From Kiritimatiellia bacterium (GTDB taxonomy: Bacteria > Verrucomicrobiota > Kiritimatiellia > RFP12 > UBA1067), in contig JAZSOG010000052.1 in assembly GCA_045536845.1 (NCBI GenBank), forward strand, positions 8,932 to 72,931: 64,000 bases of DNA, read 5' to 3'. The notes beneath the pieces were generated by a model that was not told the origin of the DNA, made no database searches, and saw only the letters and a list, made by a program, of their open reading frames with translations. Below, one piece after another: positions 17,724-27,990 of the stretch (position 1 is the first letter of the stretch; each line of letters begins with the position of its first letter). The position numbers were made by a program, and so were the translations under genes.

Positions 17724-19844
17724 GTGACGAATATGGAAATGAGGATGATATACGGGCTGGCATTGGCATTCATATGTGCTTTGCAAGTTGAGGGTCTCGC
17801 GAAGGAGGCCGTCGTTTCGGAAGTGAAGATCTATGAGGGCGTTCCGGCCTTGTGGGTCAATGGCAAGCCGTCCACGGGTTGTATGTTTTGGAGTGGCCGC
17901 GTTGATTCCGATAAGGACATTGAGGTGATGTGCAAAGCCGGTATTCATCTTTATAATACCGGTTGCTCGGTTGATGGTGACGATCCTGAACGGGGCAGTG
18001 ACGTCCTTGAGGGCGAATTGAAGGGACTCGACGCCAAGATTGCGCGCATCGTTCGGATTGATCCGGATGCAAAGGTCCTTGTCCGTGTTGGAACGCGCAT
18101 TCCGTTCACGGCTTGGTGGATTCTGTCGCATCCTGAAGAACGTGTCCGTTGCTACAATATTGCGTCCGGGGCTTACGAATATGCTGACTGGGCGTCCCCA
18201 TCTTCTCCTTCTTGGAATGCGGTAATGTACAATGCCGTGCGGAAGATCGTTCGTCATTGCGAAGAGAAGTGGCCAGATCGTGTTCTCGGGTACAATCCTG
18301 GCGCATGCAGTAGCACCGAGAATATGTACATGTACGGTAACAACATCGCCGACTTTTCGCCCTGTCACATCAAGGCATTTGGTCATGCCGCACCTGACCC
18401 GATGTGCTTCTTTGCGCAGAGTCCCTTTGACTTTCGCCGCTTACTCGATCCGGTCTCGGACAGGGATGCCGTGGCGTTTCGCCGTTTCCAGTCCACGGCT
18501 ATGGCCGAGACGGTCTGTCGGCTCGCGCGAACAGTAAAGGACGAGCTGGGAAAAATGGGTCGCAACAAGATCTGCGGCGTATTTTACGGCTATATGTGTC
18601 GGCATGTGAATGACGGAGGTCTTCTTTGCGACGGACATCAGGCACAGGATGCCGTCTATTCTTCGCCGGATGTCGACTTCATCGCTGCGCCGCTCGACTA
18701 TTCGACGCGTCAGCTTGGCGGTGTCGCGTACGCCCAATGCATGCCGGGTGCGGTGGCCGTTCGTGGCAAGCTCTACTATGCGGAAGAGGATTCGCGATTG
18801 CACCTCGCACACGGGCAGGGCAATCAAACGTCCGGCAACGAGGAGGAGTCACATTGGACGATCCTGCGCAACTTCTTTGACTCCTATTCACACGGCGGTG
18901 CGATGTGGTGGATGGATCTGATGTCGGACGGCTGGTACCGAAACGACTGGTTTTCAATCCCGCTCGGCGAATGCCGTGCGTTTGCCGAGCGCCATCTCTC
19001 CCGTCGCGGGAGTGTTGCCGAGATCGCCGTCTTTGCCCATCCTGACGCGATTGCATACGAGCGAGCGGCGCCGACGATGTTGTCGGCCGAACTTATCAGC
19101 GGTGAGATGCCCGAGGTTTGTGCCATCGGTGCGCCGTATGACGTCTATCATTTGTCAGACATAGCCCTGCTGGCGCGGAAAGGTGGTCTCCATTCGTATA
19201 AGATGGCTGTTCTTCTGAATGCCCATACGGTGAGCTGTGCTTTGCGCCGTGACATCAAGCGTCATCTCTGTTGTGATGGGCGTACCGTTGTCTTCCTCGG
19301 CCCAGCCGGTTGGAACTCGGAGGATCGGCAAGGGGAGGCGGGAGTACAGGATCTGACGGGGATTGTCGTACGAAAACAGAGTTCGTCGGATGGAGCGCAA
19401 ACCGAGAGTTTTGTCGACGGTCGTCGCATCGTCTTCGGATCGACTCTGACGTCCGATCCGACGTTGACGGTCTGTGATTCTCGGGTGCGGACGATAGGTT
19501 GGCGTGTTCATGCGTCGAATTGTGCTCGTCCAACCGACCGCGACGGGGCCGTGTTGGTTGAAAAAACGTTTTCCCAATGGAAAAGCGTCCTTTGCACGGT
19601 CAATTTTTTGCCGTCCGACCTGTTGCGCCGCTTTGCCGAGGATGCTGGAGTTCACGTCTACTCACCACATGGCGACCAGGTCTTTGCCGGGCCTGATTGG
19701 TTCGCGGTGGCGGCTAAGATGCCAGGACGACATCAATTCATGTCACGAGACGGAAAGCATCTTGAGGTGGATATGAAACGCGGCGAAGTCCGCTATTTTG
19801 AATCTGAAGTACAACCCAAACAAAAGGAGAAAGGTTCACTATGA
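17724..19844 (+). CDS. Putative glycoside hydrolase, GH42/beta-galactosidase-like clan A barrel with C-terminal trimerisation-like domain
   Basis: Signal peptide, PALWVNGKP, SSTENMY (candidate acid/base E), YYAEEDSR (candidate nucleophile E), IGAPYDVY; true start may be 17733 or 17739. Confidence 0.65.
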   Translation: MTNMEMRMIYGLALAFICALQVEGLAKEAVVSEVKIYEGVPALWVNGKPSTGCMFWSGRVDSDKDIEVMCKAGIHLYNTGCSVDGDDPERGSDVLEGELKGLDAKIARIVRIDPDAKVLVRVGTRIPFTAWWILSHPEERVRCYNIASGAYEYADWASPSSPSWNAVMYNAVRKIVRHCEEKWPDRVLGYNPGACSSTENMYMYGNNIADFSPCHIKAFGHAAPDPMCFFAQSPFDFRRLLDPVSDRDAVAFRRFQSTAMAETVCRLARTVKDELGKMGRNKICGVFYGYMCRHVNDGGLLCDGHQAQDAVYSSPDVDFIAAPLDYSTRQLGGVAYAQCMPGAVAVRGKLYYAEEDSRLHLAHGQGNQTSGNEEESHWTILRNFFDSYSHGGAMWWMDLMSDGWYRNDWFSIPLGECRAFAERHLSRRGSVAEIAVFAHPDAIAYERAAPTMLSAELISGEMPEVCAIGAPYDVYHLSDIALLARKGGLHSYKMAVLLNAHTVSCALRRDIKRHLCCDGRTVVFLGPAGWNSEDRQGEAGVQDLTGIVVRKQSSSDGAQTESFVDGRRIVFGSTLTSDPTLTVCDSRVRTIGWRVHASNCARPTDRDGAVLVEKTFSQWKSVLCTVNFLPSDLLRRFAEDAGVHVYSPHGDQVFAGPDWFAVAAKMPGRHQFMSRDGKHLEVDMKRGEVRYFESEVQPKQKEKGSL

Positions 19845-21724
19845 ATAAACTAGTGTTGAGCGTATCGCTGCTTATGGCCTTCAGCTCGCTCACAGGGCTG
19901 ACGGCCGACCTTGTTTTCGAGAACAAGGACGGGTCAAACGACATTTCCTCCAAGGCAGCTTGGGGTGTGGATGATTTCTCGGCCTATCGGGCGGAATTCA
20001 ATATGGCAAATGCCGTCATGACGGCGTCGAATGACGTCTCGTTTGCTGGCGGCATCAAGTTGACGAATCCGTGGCAAAGCTGGCGTGGACATCCGACGAT
20101 GACATTCGACATGCGGGATGTGACAACGGGTGCGAATCCAGGTCCGAGGAAAATCACGCTTGGAGGGAATCTTTATTTCCCGGGGCACAACCTAACGGCG
20201 ATATTCAGGGGTGGCTTGTGGGACTGTGGCGGCAAGACGTTCCTCTACAGCGACATTTACAAGGCTCCATCCAATGTCGTGTATGTCACGGACGGAGCTC
20301 TTCTTGCAAATCTCTCTTCGTTTAGCGGTGGCAGTTATGGAGACCAGACGGGTGGTGATGCCTACGTTTATGTCGACGGCGCGTCATGTGTCTATACGAA
20401 GTCCGCCAGTGTTTCGCGTTATGGCGGCAAGGGCGGCGTTATGTCCTTTTCGGGCGGGGCAAAACTGGTGGCGTCGAACAGTGAAGGAGTTGCGTTGGCC
20501 CTGGATGAAGGAGGATCCTGTCGAGATCAGGCGTTTGTGGTGGATGGCGCGGGTACGGAAGTTTGCGTTACCGGCACGGTCTATGTTTCACGGGCGGCAT
20601 TGAACAACAAAATGCTCGTTCGAAATGGCGCTTCATTGTCGGTGGACGGCATATTCGCGCTCAATTACAGCTCGGGTTCCAGCAATACGTTGCTGCGAAT
20701 TGAGAGTGGTGCGTCCTTTGATCAAGATCGGTCGGACATCTTTTATTGCGGATTGAGTGGCCCACGGGCGCGGGTGGAGGTGCTGGACGGAGGCGTGATG
20801 TCGTCAGGTCAGCTTCGTATGGGAGAGAGTGATAGTTCCAAAAATTGCGAGTTCGTTGTTTCCAATGCGACCTATCACGGACGATTCCCGAGGATTGGAA
20901 TGAAAGTCGGCGCAGTGGGCTGTTCCGTCCGGATTAAAGGTCGCCAGACGGTTTTTGACATTCAGGAAGCGGGAACGTGTGCCCTGTTTGCAAGAGCCCC
21001 CGAGTGCCTGATTTCGCTTGACGGTGCATGTTGGACGAATAACTTTATCGGGGGATCGGCCGATTTCAATGCAACTTATGGCAGCACTGTCAGGAATTGT
21101 CGGTTTGAATTGCTGAACGGGGCGGAGTATGTTGCGACAAATAGTTTTAATGTCGGCAGTCTTGCGTATGCTGCGTGGACGAATGTAGTGTATGTCGGAT
21201 CGGGTAGTGTCATGTCGGTGTCCTCGATTCGTCTCGCTTCCGTCGGGAATGAGTTCGTGGTCTCGAACGGCACGGTACGGACGACTTCTGGATCGTTTAC
21301 CGTTTGCGATGACACAAACTGGACGGTGAACACCAACGACTGTCTTGTTCTTCAGGGAGATTGTCCGTGCGTCGACGTAAGGACGGAATTGATTGTGAAG
21401 CGTGATTCGCGGGTTCGGTTTGAGTTGCCAGAGGGCGGATATGGAACAGACGTCGCCCTTCTTTCGGCAGAAACTGTCACGTTCGACGATTCATCCCGTA
21501 TTGAGATTGTGGGTGCCACTCGCTACGCGAAATCGTTGCCCAGTCGTCGGGATGTTGTCCTTATGTCGGCGAGCAAAAAGATGACGATTTCACCTGACCG
21601 GATTGCCGAGCTCAATTCAGATCCCGAGATCGTTTCTGCTGGTGCAAAGGTCCGACTGTCGTCTGACGGCAAGAGTGTCTTGTTACGGGCGGGGGAAAGC
21701 GGCCTTGTCCTGATCGTCAGGTGA
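19841..21724 (+). CDS. Secreted G/S/V-rich beta-helix (autotransporter-passenger-like) protein
   Basis: Signal peptide; repeated V-V-D-G-x-G-T / V-x-N-G-A strands; no beta-barrel; ends GLVLIVR. Confidence 0.65.
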   Translation: MNKLVLSVSLLMAFSSLTGLTADLVFENKDGSNDISSKAAWGVDDFSAYRAEFNMANAVMTASNDVSFAGGIKLTNPWQSWRGHPTMTFDMRDVTTGANPGPRKITLGGNLYFPGHNLTAIFRGGLWDCGGKTFLYSDIYKAPSNVVYVTDGALLANLSSFSGGSYGDQTGGDAYVYVDGASCVYTKSASVSRYGGKGGVMSFSGGAKLVASNSEGVALALDEGGSCRDQAFVVDGAGTEVCVTGTVYVSRAALNNKMLVRNGASLSVDGIFALNYSSGSSNTLLRIESGASFDQDRSDIFYCGLSGPRARVEVLDGGVMSSGQLRMGESDSSKNCEFVVSNATYHGRFPRIGMKVGAVGCSVRIKGRQTVFDIQEAGTCALFARAPECLISLDGACWTNNFIGGSADFNATYGSTVRNCRFELLNGAEYVATNSFNVGSLAYAAWTNVVYVGSGSVMSVSSIRLASVGNEFVVSNGTVRTTSGSFTVCDDTNWTVNTNDCLVLQGDCPCVDVRTELIVKRDSRVRFELPEGGYGTDVALLSAETVTFDDSSRIEIVGATRYAKSLPSRRDVVLMSASKKMTISPDRIAELNSDPEIVSAGAKVRLSSDGKSVLLRAGESGLVLIVR

Positions 21725-21727
21725 GGA

Positions 21728-21767
21728 GTTGGAGATTTCGTCTATGTTGGAGATTTCGTCTATGTTG
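21728..21767 (+). repeat. 18-bp tandem duplication of RBS plus start codon
   Basis: TTGGAGATTTCGTCTATG at 21729 and 21747. Confidence 0.95.
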
Positions 21768-24700
21768 TCGCAAGTTCTGATTTTAGCGTCGACACTCATC
21801 GCCCAGCCGCCTGTCATCGACGGACGCTTGGACGATCCTTGCTGGAAGGATGCGGAGTTTCATTCGGACATGCAGTTGATGAGGACGGCTGAAGACGATG
21901 GTCAATCGCTCAAGCCGACGGCATTCGCTGTTAGATGTGACGAGTCGGCTCTTTATCTGGCAGTTCGTTGTGCAGAACCGGAGGTCGACGAGATGAAGAC
22001 GCGCCCTGACAATGGCGCCATCTGGAGTGAATGCGTCGAGTTCTTCTTCTCTCCGGGTAAGACAACCTTTGAGTTCTATCAGTTTGCCGTCAGTCCGGTG
22101 ACGAAGGTGACTCATGCGGAGTTTTACTCCGAGGGTGGTCACATTCGCCCGGATCCGTACAAGCCGACTTGGCGACAGGCATTGGCCTTCGGAGACAAAG
22201 AATGGACGGCCGAATTGGCCATTCCGTTGTCTGCGCTGTACATGACTCGTAACAAGGATTGGAAGTCCGACTGGTTGTTCAACTTCCGGCGTACGACGCG
22301 TGTTGGAAGTCGATCTGGGGACGTTTATACGTGGTCTCCGCTCGTTTCAAAGGGCTTGGAGCCCGAAAACTTCCGCACACTTGGCGGGTTTCCCGCCCGC
22401 GCTGCGGAAGAGGATGTTGTTGTTCGGTCGGCTCATGCCAACATGAAGTGTCGTACAAAAGAGGGTTTGACGGGTTTGCTTGATCTCGTCGTTTTCGTCG
22501 GCAGGACTGGCGAATATGAGGTCAGTGCCTCGTGTTGTTCAAATACAACTCACATCAGACTGACGGCTGGTGAAAACCGAGTGTCTCTACCGTGCGTATT
22601 CAAGGAGAATGGCCGTGCGTTGACGCATTTCAAGGTGGCAAAACGCGGGTTTGAGCGAACCTGTGAGCGGGGTTATCCAGTAATGGTAGACTACCGTCCG
22701 ATCAAGGTCAGGTTGACGACGCCCGGTTTTCGAAATAACTTCTATCCTGGGCAGAATACGGATGTTGTTGCCGGTGAGATTGAAGTCGCTGATGGCGGGA
22801 TTGCACATCTGACTCTTGAAGGGCCTGGATTCGAGACGCGGCAGGCGAGCGTGTCAGGGCGCGGAAACTTCTCCTTTGATACGAAGGGGTTTGGAATCGG
22901 AGACGCAACACTGACCGTTGTCTCAGGCGAAGAGTTGGAAAGGGTCCGCATCCGCAATTTGCCGAAGAGCGGACATCGTATGGCATGGATCGAGAATGGC
23001 AACATGATTGTCGATGGTAAGCCGACGTTTCGTATCGGCTTGTTCGGCGTCAACTATAATCAGGGGCGCAGGAACTATGCGCGCTTTCAGTCCGAGCGCA
23101 AGTCGTTCATGCTTTCCGAGGAGTTTGGCGTGGTGTCGGTCGAACCCGGGCGTTTAGTCAAGGGTTCGGAGTCGAGTGAAGGGATGCGCGATGGCAGGCC
23201 GAGTGAAAAAGTCCTGCGGGCAATCGACCGTCGAATGGCGGAGAATGAAGAAAAAGATTTTGCGGTCTATTTTATTACTGACGAGCCGGAGTGTCGAAAC
23301 GTTTCCCCTGTTTGGCTGAAGTATATTTACGATTATATTGTCGAAAAGGACCCCTATCATCTCGTCTTTACGAATTCGCGTGGTGGCAAGACCTATGTCG
23401 ATACCGCTGACATTTTCCAGACGCATCCGTATTTGGCGGCGGTGAATTGCGAGGATGGTGTCCGTCGATATGGCGTGGAGCCGTGTGATGTCGGTTCTTA
23501 TGTCGATGCATTCGAGATCGTCGATCGGCGAACGGACAAGGTTGTTGGGATTATTCCGGCATGTTTTGCCTATCGCTGGTACTCGACACGCAATGATTAC
23601 CCGGCTTTAGAAGAATACCTCTGCACGTCGTGGGCGGGAATAGTCCGTGGCGTCAAGGCCGTGATGCCGTATGCGGCTCATGACATGGGGGACCGTGCGC
23701 AGCTTTGGGAGGGAACACGTTATCTTCACGAAAGTATCCGGGCTCTTGAACCCTATCTGCTACACGGTCGGCGCACGACGTTGACCATGTCCAAGACGAC
23801 GGAAACAACCCTTTACGACTTGGACGGCGAATGCGTTGTCGTTGCGTTGAATTTTACGAAGGATATTCAGTGTGCAAAGTTTCCGGGGGTTCGTGGACGA
23901 TTTAAGGAGTTCAGAGGCTCAAGAACCCTTGATGTGGATGTAGGGATTCAGCTGAAGCCCTTTGAGGTCTTTATTGCCACGACTGCTCCTTGCGATTCTG
24001 GATTGGAATCGTATGCGACGATGTCTGCTCGTGTTGTGTCATTGGAAAAGGAACGACAATCTCACGATTCGCAGCTCTTGGAGCGTCATGATGCCGTTCG
24101 TTTCGTTTCCAATATGAATGGGCCGTGGGGTAAGTACTACAAGCTCATCGACGGTTGCCGGGAGATGTGGGCGGCAGCGTCTGCCAACAAGGCGAACCCT
24201 TATGTTGAGATGTCATTTACGAAGTTTTCACCGGTTTTTGAAAAAGTCAGGGTCTATGGATTCGGACTCAAGAATCTCAAGACGGAGATTCTGATTGACG
24301 GTGCGTGGAAAGAGCTTGTTCCCAAGAGTGTCCGTGATGAGGAGTGGATGCGCGAAGTCGATTTTGGAAAGTCCATCAGGGCGAATTGTCTTCGGATTTC
24401 TTTCCCGGCGGGGAAGGGGGACCGCAACGAGGTCGAACTCTATGAGATTGAACTTCCGAAGTCTGTAGGCGGAACTGTTGGCACAATGAAGTCGAATGTC
24501 GCACCGCGTAAAGATCGGGGTCTTGTTGTGACGTATGGGAAAAACACGGTGCTTACGAACTCGATTTCTTGGAGTTTGCCCGTGGACGCACGTCCCCAAT
24601 GGGCGGTTATTGACATGAAGAAGTTGGTTCCAAAAAAAGTTGGGCAATACAAGGCCTGGCATTTTCGGTATGAACCTTGTGAACGCGAAGAAAGCCAGTT

Positions 24701-25199
24701 GCTTGCGTCATTGGGGGGCGAACCGGAAGAAGCGGGAATTTATACGATTCGGTTTTATCCGCCTCCGAAAAGGACAAGAAAAGTGATCACGTTTCGTGAT
24801 TATGGTCTCAATGTTGAATTTGGCGGTTTGAGTTTGCTGGATAAACCGGCTAATTATGTGGAATTTCGCCATCCAAGTGGAAAGGAGAAGGTCTGTCTTG
24901 GCGATGAGGTTGAAGTGAATGTTTCTTTTGCTGTTCCCTGCGAAGATGTTGCGGCGGAGTTTATGTTTGCACCGAATCCGTTGAATTCACTGCGGCCGTA
25001 TGCAGTTAATGGTTCAAGTGGCGTCAGGATGCATCGGCTCAATACAACGGGATGTGATTGGGGGACCAAGATCAAGATTGCATCGTTGCAACGGAATGTC
25101 CCTGCGCGTTGCGTTTATCTCCGGGCCAATGCTTTGGGAAGCGAGTTCGATCGCACTCTGTTCGGGAATTCCCCTGTTGCATTTTCGGCAGGTCGCTAA
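21762..25199 (+). CDS. Large modular carbohydrate-active protein: CBM9-like domain, putative GH barrel, discoidin-like and further beta domains
   Basis: PVIDGRLDD..W, CVEFFFSP, EWTAELAIP (CBM9-like); YFITDEPE, DIFQTHPY in the core; YYKLIDG..EVELYEIEL. Confidence 0.65.
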   Translation: MLSQVLILASTLIAQPPVIDGRLDDPCWKDAEFHSDMQLMRTAEDDGQSLKPTAFAVRCDESALYLAVRCAEPEVDEMKTRPDNGAIWSECVEFFFSPGKTTFEFYQFAVSPVTKVTHAEFYSEGGHIRPDPYKPTWRQALAFGDKEWTAELAIPLSALYMTRNKDWKSDWLFNFRRTTRVGSRSGDVYTWSPLVSKGLEPENFRTLGGFPARAAEEDVVVRSAHANMKCRTKEGLTGLLDLVVFVGRTGEYEVSASCCSNTTHIRLTAGENRVSLPCVFKENGRALTHFKVAKRGFERTCERGYPVMVDYRPIKVRLTTPGFRNNFYPGQNTDVVAGEIEVADGGIAHLTLEGPGFETRQASVSGRGNFSFDTKGFGIGDATLTVVSGEELERVRIRNLPKSGHRMAWIENGNMIVDGKPTFRIGLFGVNYNQGRRNYARFQSERKSFMLSEEFGVVSVEPGRLVKGSESSEGMRDGRPSEKVLRAIDRRMAENEEKDFAVYFITDEPECRNVSPVWLKYIYDYIVEKDPYHLVFTNSRGGKTYVDTADIFQTHPYLAAVNCEDGVRRYGVEPCDVGSYVDAFEIVDRRTDKVVGIIPACFAYRWYSTRNDYPALEEYLCTSWAGIVRGVKAVMPYAAHDMGDRAQLWEGTRYLHESIRALEPYLLHGRRTTLTMSKTTETTLYDLDGECVVVALNFTKDIQCAKFPGVRGRFKEFRGSRTLDVDVGIQLKPFEVFIATTAPCDSGLESYATMSARVVSLEKERQSHDSQLLERHDAVRFVSNMNGPWGKYYKLIDGCREMWAAASANKANPYVEMSFTKFSPVFEKVRVYGFGLKNLKTEILIDGAWKELVPKSVRDEEWMREVDFGKSIRANCLRISFPAGKGDRNEVELYEIELPKSVGGTVGTMKSNVAPRKDRGLVVTYGKNTVLTNSISWSLPVDARPQWAVIDMKKLVPKKVGQYKAWHFRYEPCEREESQLLASLGGEPEEAGIYTIRFYPPPKRTRKVITFRDYGLNVEFGGLSLLDKPANYVEFRHPSGKEKVCLGDEVEVNVSFAVPCEDVAAEFMFAPNPLNSLRPYAVNGSSGVRMHRLNTTGCDWGTKIKIASLQRNVPARCVYLRANALGSEFDRTLFGNSPVAFSAGR

Positions 25200-25357
25200 T
25201 CTCAAGGAATCGGATCATTGATCTGGGGAGGGCCAGTAACAATACACGGGAAAATGCGGGGATAGACCCCTTTGATGGTTGTGATTTTGGACGGGAAGCC
25301 GCATGATTTGACAAGATGTCGTAATGAGATCTGGGGCGGCATCCCACGGAGTTCTTT

Positions 25358-25390
25358 CTTTGCGACCTTTGCGTTCTTTGCGGCTTAAAC
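25358..25390 (+). repeat. 9-nt periodic CTTTGCG x3 followed by GCTTAAAC
   Basis: CTTTGCG at 25358, 25367, 25376. Confidence 0.85.
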
Positions 25391-25638
25391 ATCAGAGTCG
25401 ATTAAGGTTGTTTAGCGTCGATTGGGGCAGCGTTTCCTACACGATCTACACGGCTATAATCTGTGTGGGGCTGCGAAGCGGCTGTTTCCTGGCGGGCGGT
25501 GAAAGGATGAAAAGGCTCGGCGCAGATTGAAAACTTGTCGATTGTTGTCGGCGAGGCGGTAAAATACAAGAAATTGTGTTTTTGCAGGGTCATGTCTACA
25601 ACCTGTTGATAAGATTTTATAAATTTACCCTTGTCAGG

Positions 25639-25654
25639 GCACAATATTTAGTGT
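25639..25654 (+). promoter_or_regulatory. NrdR box
   Basis: GCACAATATTTAGTGT matches 14/16 of ACACWATATATWGTGT, about 90 bp upstream of nrdD. Confidence 0.75.
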
Positions 25655-25746
25655 ATCATACTCATCCGAACTACCAATAGTAGTGAGATTTACTTTAAAA
25701 CAATCATAAACAAAAAGTCCAAACACTAAGAAGGGGCGATCAGGCG

Positions 25747-27990
25747 ATGAAGACGAAAGAGATGAAGATCACCAAGCGCAGCGGACAGGAAGTTCCGTTC
25801 GACATCACGAAGATCGAGAACGCAATTCGCAAGGCATCGCAGGCCGTCGACTACAAGGATGCGCTTTCGGAAGGTCGCATCAAGCTCATCGCGGAGGAGG
25901 TTGCCGGCGTGTGCGCGGCCCGCGATCGCGCGATGCACGTCGAGGAGATTCAGGACATTGTCGAGACGAAGTTGATGGAGTTTGGCGCGAGGGAGATTGC
26001 GAAGCGCTACATCGTCTACCGCTACAAGCAGGAACTCAAGCGCAAGTCCAACACGACCGACGACCAGGTGCTGTCGCTGATCGAGTGCAACAACGAGGAC
26101 GTGAAGCAGGAGAACTCCAACAAGAACCCGACGATCAACGCCGTGCAGCGCGACTACATGGCGGGCGAGGTCTCGAAGGACGTCTCGGCGCGACTTCTTC
26201 TCCCAGCGGACGTCGTCCAGGCGCACAAGGAGGGCATCATCCACTTCCACGACATGGACTACTACGCGCAGCACATGCACAACTGCGACCTCGTGAACCT
26301 CGAGGACATGTTGCAGAACGGCACGGTGATCTCCGAGACGATGATCGAGAAGCCGAAGAGCTTCTCCACTGCCTGCAACATCGCGACGCAGATCATCGCG
26401 CAGGTTGCCTCTAACCAGTACGGCGGCCAGTCCATCTCGCTCACCCACCTCGCGCCGTTCGTCGACATCTCAAGGAAGGCGATACAGGAAGAGCTGAAGG
26501 AAGAGTGCAAGCTCGCCAACGTCAAGATGTCGAAGGCCGATTTCAACAAGATCGTCGAAAAGCGCGTCCGCAAGGAGATCCAGAAGGGCGTGCAGACGAT
26601 CCAGTACCAGGTCGTCACGCTCATGACGACCAACGGCCAGGCTCCGTTCGTCACCGTCTACATGTACCTCGGCGAGGCGAGGGACGACCGCGAGCGCGAA
26701 GACCTCGCGATGATCATCGAGGAAGTGCTGAACGAGCGCATCAAGGGCGTCAAGAACGAGCAGGGCGTCTACATCACGCCCGCGTTCCCGAAGCTCATCT
26801 ACGTCCTCGAGGAGCAGAACGTCACCGAGAAGTCGCCCTACTGGTACCTGACCGAGCTCGCGGCGAAGTGCACGGCGAAGCGCATGGTTCCCGACTACAT
26901 CAGCGAGAAGAAGATGCGCGAGTACAAGCTCTCCAAGGGCGAGACCGTCGGCCACGGCGACACGTACACCTGCATGGGCTGCCGCTCGTTTCTCACGCCC
27001 GACCGCTCTGGCGACGGCTATGGCAACGTGGCGCGCGCGAAGAACTACGAGCCCGGCAAGCCCAAGTACTACGGCCGCTTCAACCAGGGCGTCGTCACGA
27101 TCAACCTCGTCGACATCGCGCTTTCCGCGCACGGCGACATGAAGAAGTTCTGGGACATCTTCGAGGAGCGCTGCGAGCTCTGCCACCGCGCTCTCCGTTG
27201 CCGCCACGAGCGCCTGAAAGGGACGCCTTCCGACGCGGCGCCGATCCTCTGGCAGTACGGCGCCCTTGCGCGTCTCGACAAAGGCGAGAAGATCGACAAG
27301 CTCCTCTACGGCGGCTACTCGACGATTTCGCTCGGGTACGCGGGGCTCTGGGAGTGCGTCCTCGCGATGACCGGCAAGAAGCTCACCGAGCCGGAGGGCG
27401 AGAAGTTCGGGCTTGAGGTAATGGAGAAGCTCAACGAGTACACCGCGAAGTGGAAGAAGGCCGAGGACATCGACTACTCCCTCTACGGCACCCCGCTCGA
27501 GTCGACGACCTACAAGTTCGCGAAGTGCCTGCAGAAGCGCTTCGGCGTCGTGAAGGGCGTTACCGACAAGAACTACATCACGAACTCCTACCACGTGCAT
27601 GTGACCGAGAAGATCGACGCGTTCGACAAGCTCGCGCTCGAGGCGAAGTTCCAGAAGCTCTCGCCCGGAGGCGCGATCTCCTACGTCGAGGTGCCGAACA
27701 TGCAGAACAACCTGAAGGCGGTTCTCTCGATCATGAAGTTCATCTACGAGAACATCATGTACGCCGAGCTCAACACCAAGAGCGACTACTGCCAGGTGTG
27801 CGGCTTCGACGGCGAGATCGAGATCGTCAAGGACGAGAGCGGCAAGCTCGTGTGGAAGTGCCCGAAGTGCGGCAACACCGACGAGTCCAAGCTCAATGTC
27901 GCGCGCCGCACCTGCGGCTACATCGGCTCCCAGTTCTGGAACCAGGGCCGTACGCAGGAAATCAAGGAACGCGTACTGCACGTCTCGTGA
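25747..27990 (+). CDS. nrdD: Anaerobic (class III) ribonucleoside-triphosphate reductase with ATP-cone
   Basis: ITKRSGQEVPFD ATP-cone, IHFHDMDY, HNCDLVNL, YTCMGCRS, CQVCG..CPKCGN zinc site, RRTCGYIG glycyl-radical loop. Confidence 0.97.
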   Translation: MKTKEMKITKRSGQEVPFDITKIENAIRKASQAVDYKDALSEGRIKLIAEEVAGVCAARDRAMHVEEIQDIVETKLMEFGAREIAKRYIVYRYKQELKRKSNTTDDQVLSLIECNNEDVKQENSNKNPTINAVQRDYMAGEVSKDVSARLLLPADVVQAHKEGIIHFHDMDYYAQHMHNCDLVNLEDMLQNGTVISETMIEKPKSFSTACNIATQIIAQVASNQYGGQSISLTHLAPFVDISRKAIQEELKEECKLANVKMSKADFNKIVEKRVRKEIQKGVQTIQYQVVTLMTTNGQAPFVTVYMYLGEARDDREREDLAMIIEEVLNERIKGVKNEQGVYITPAFPKLIYVLEEQNVTEKSPYWYLTELAAKCTAKRMVPDYISEKKMREYKLSKGETVGHGDTYTCMGCRSFLTPDRSGDGYGNVARAKNYEPGKPKYYGRFNQGVVTINLVDIALSAHGDMKKFWDIFEERCELCHRALRCRHERLKGTPSDAAPILWQYGALARLDKGEKIDKLLYGGYSTISLGYAGLWECVLAMTGKKLTEPEGEKFGLEVMEKLNEYTAKWKKAEDIDYSLYGTPLESTTYKFAKCLQKRFGVVKGVTDKNYITNSYHVHVTEKIDAFDKLALEAKFQKLSPGGAISYVEVPNMQNNLKAVLSIMKFIYENIMYAELNTKSDYCQVCGFDGEIEIVKDESGKLVWKCPKCGNTDESKLNVARRTCGYIGSQFWNQGRTQEIKERVLHVS

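Noticed and set aside
25200-25350. Possible small ORFs between the carbohydrate island and nrdD
   Set aside because: No frame gave a recognisable product, RBS or consistent codon usage
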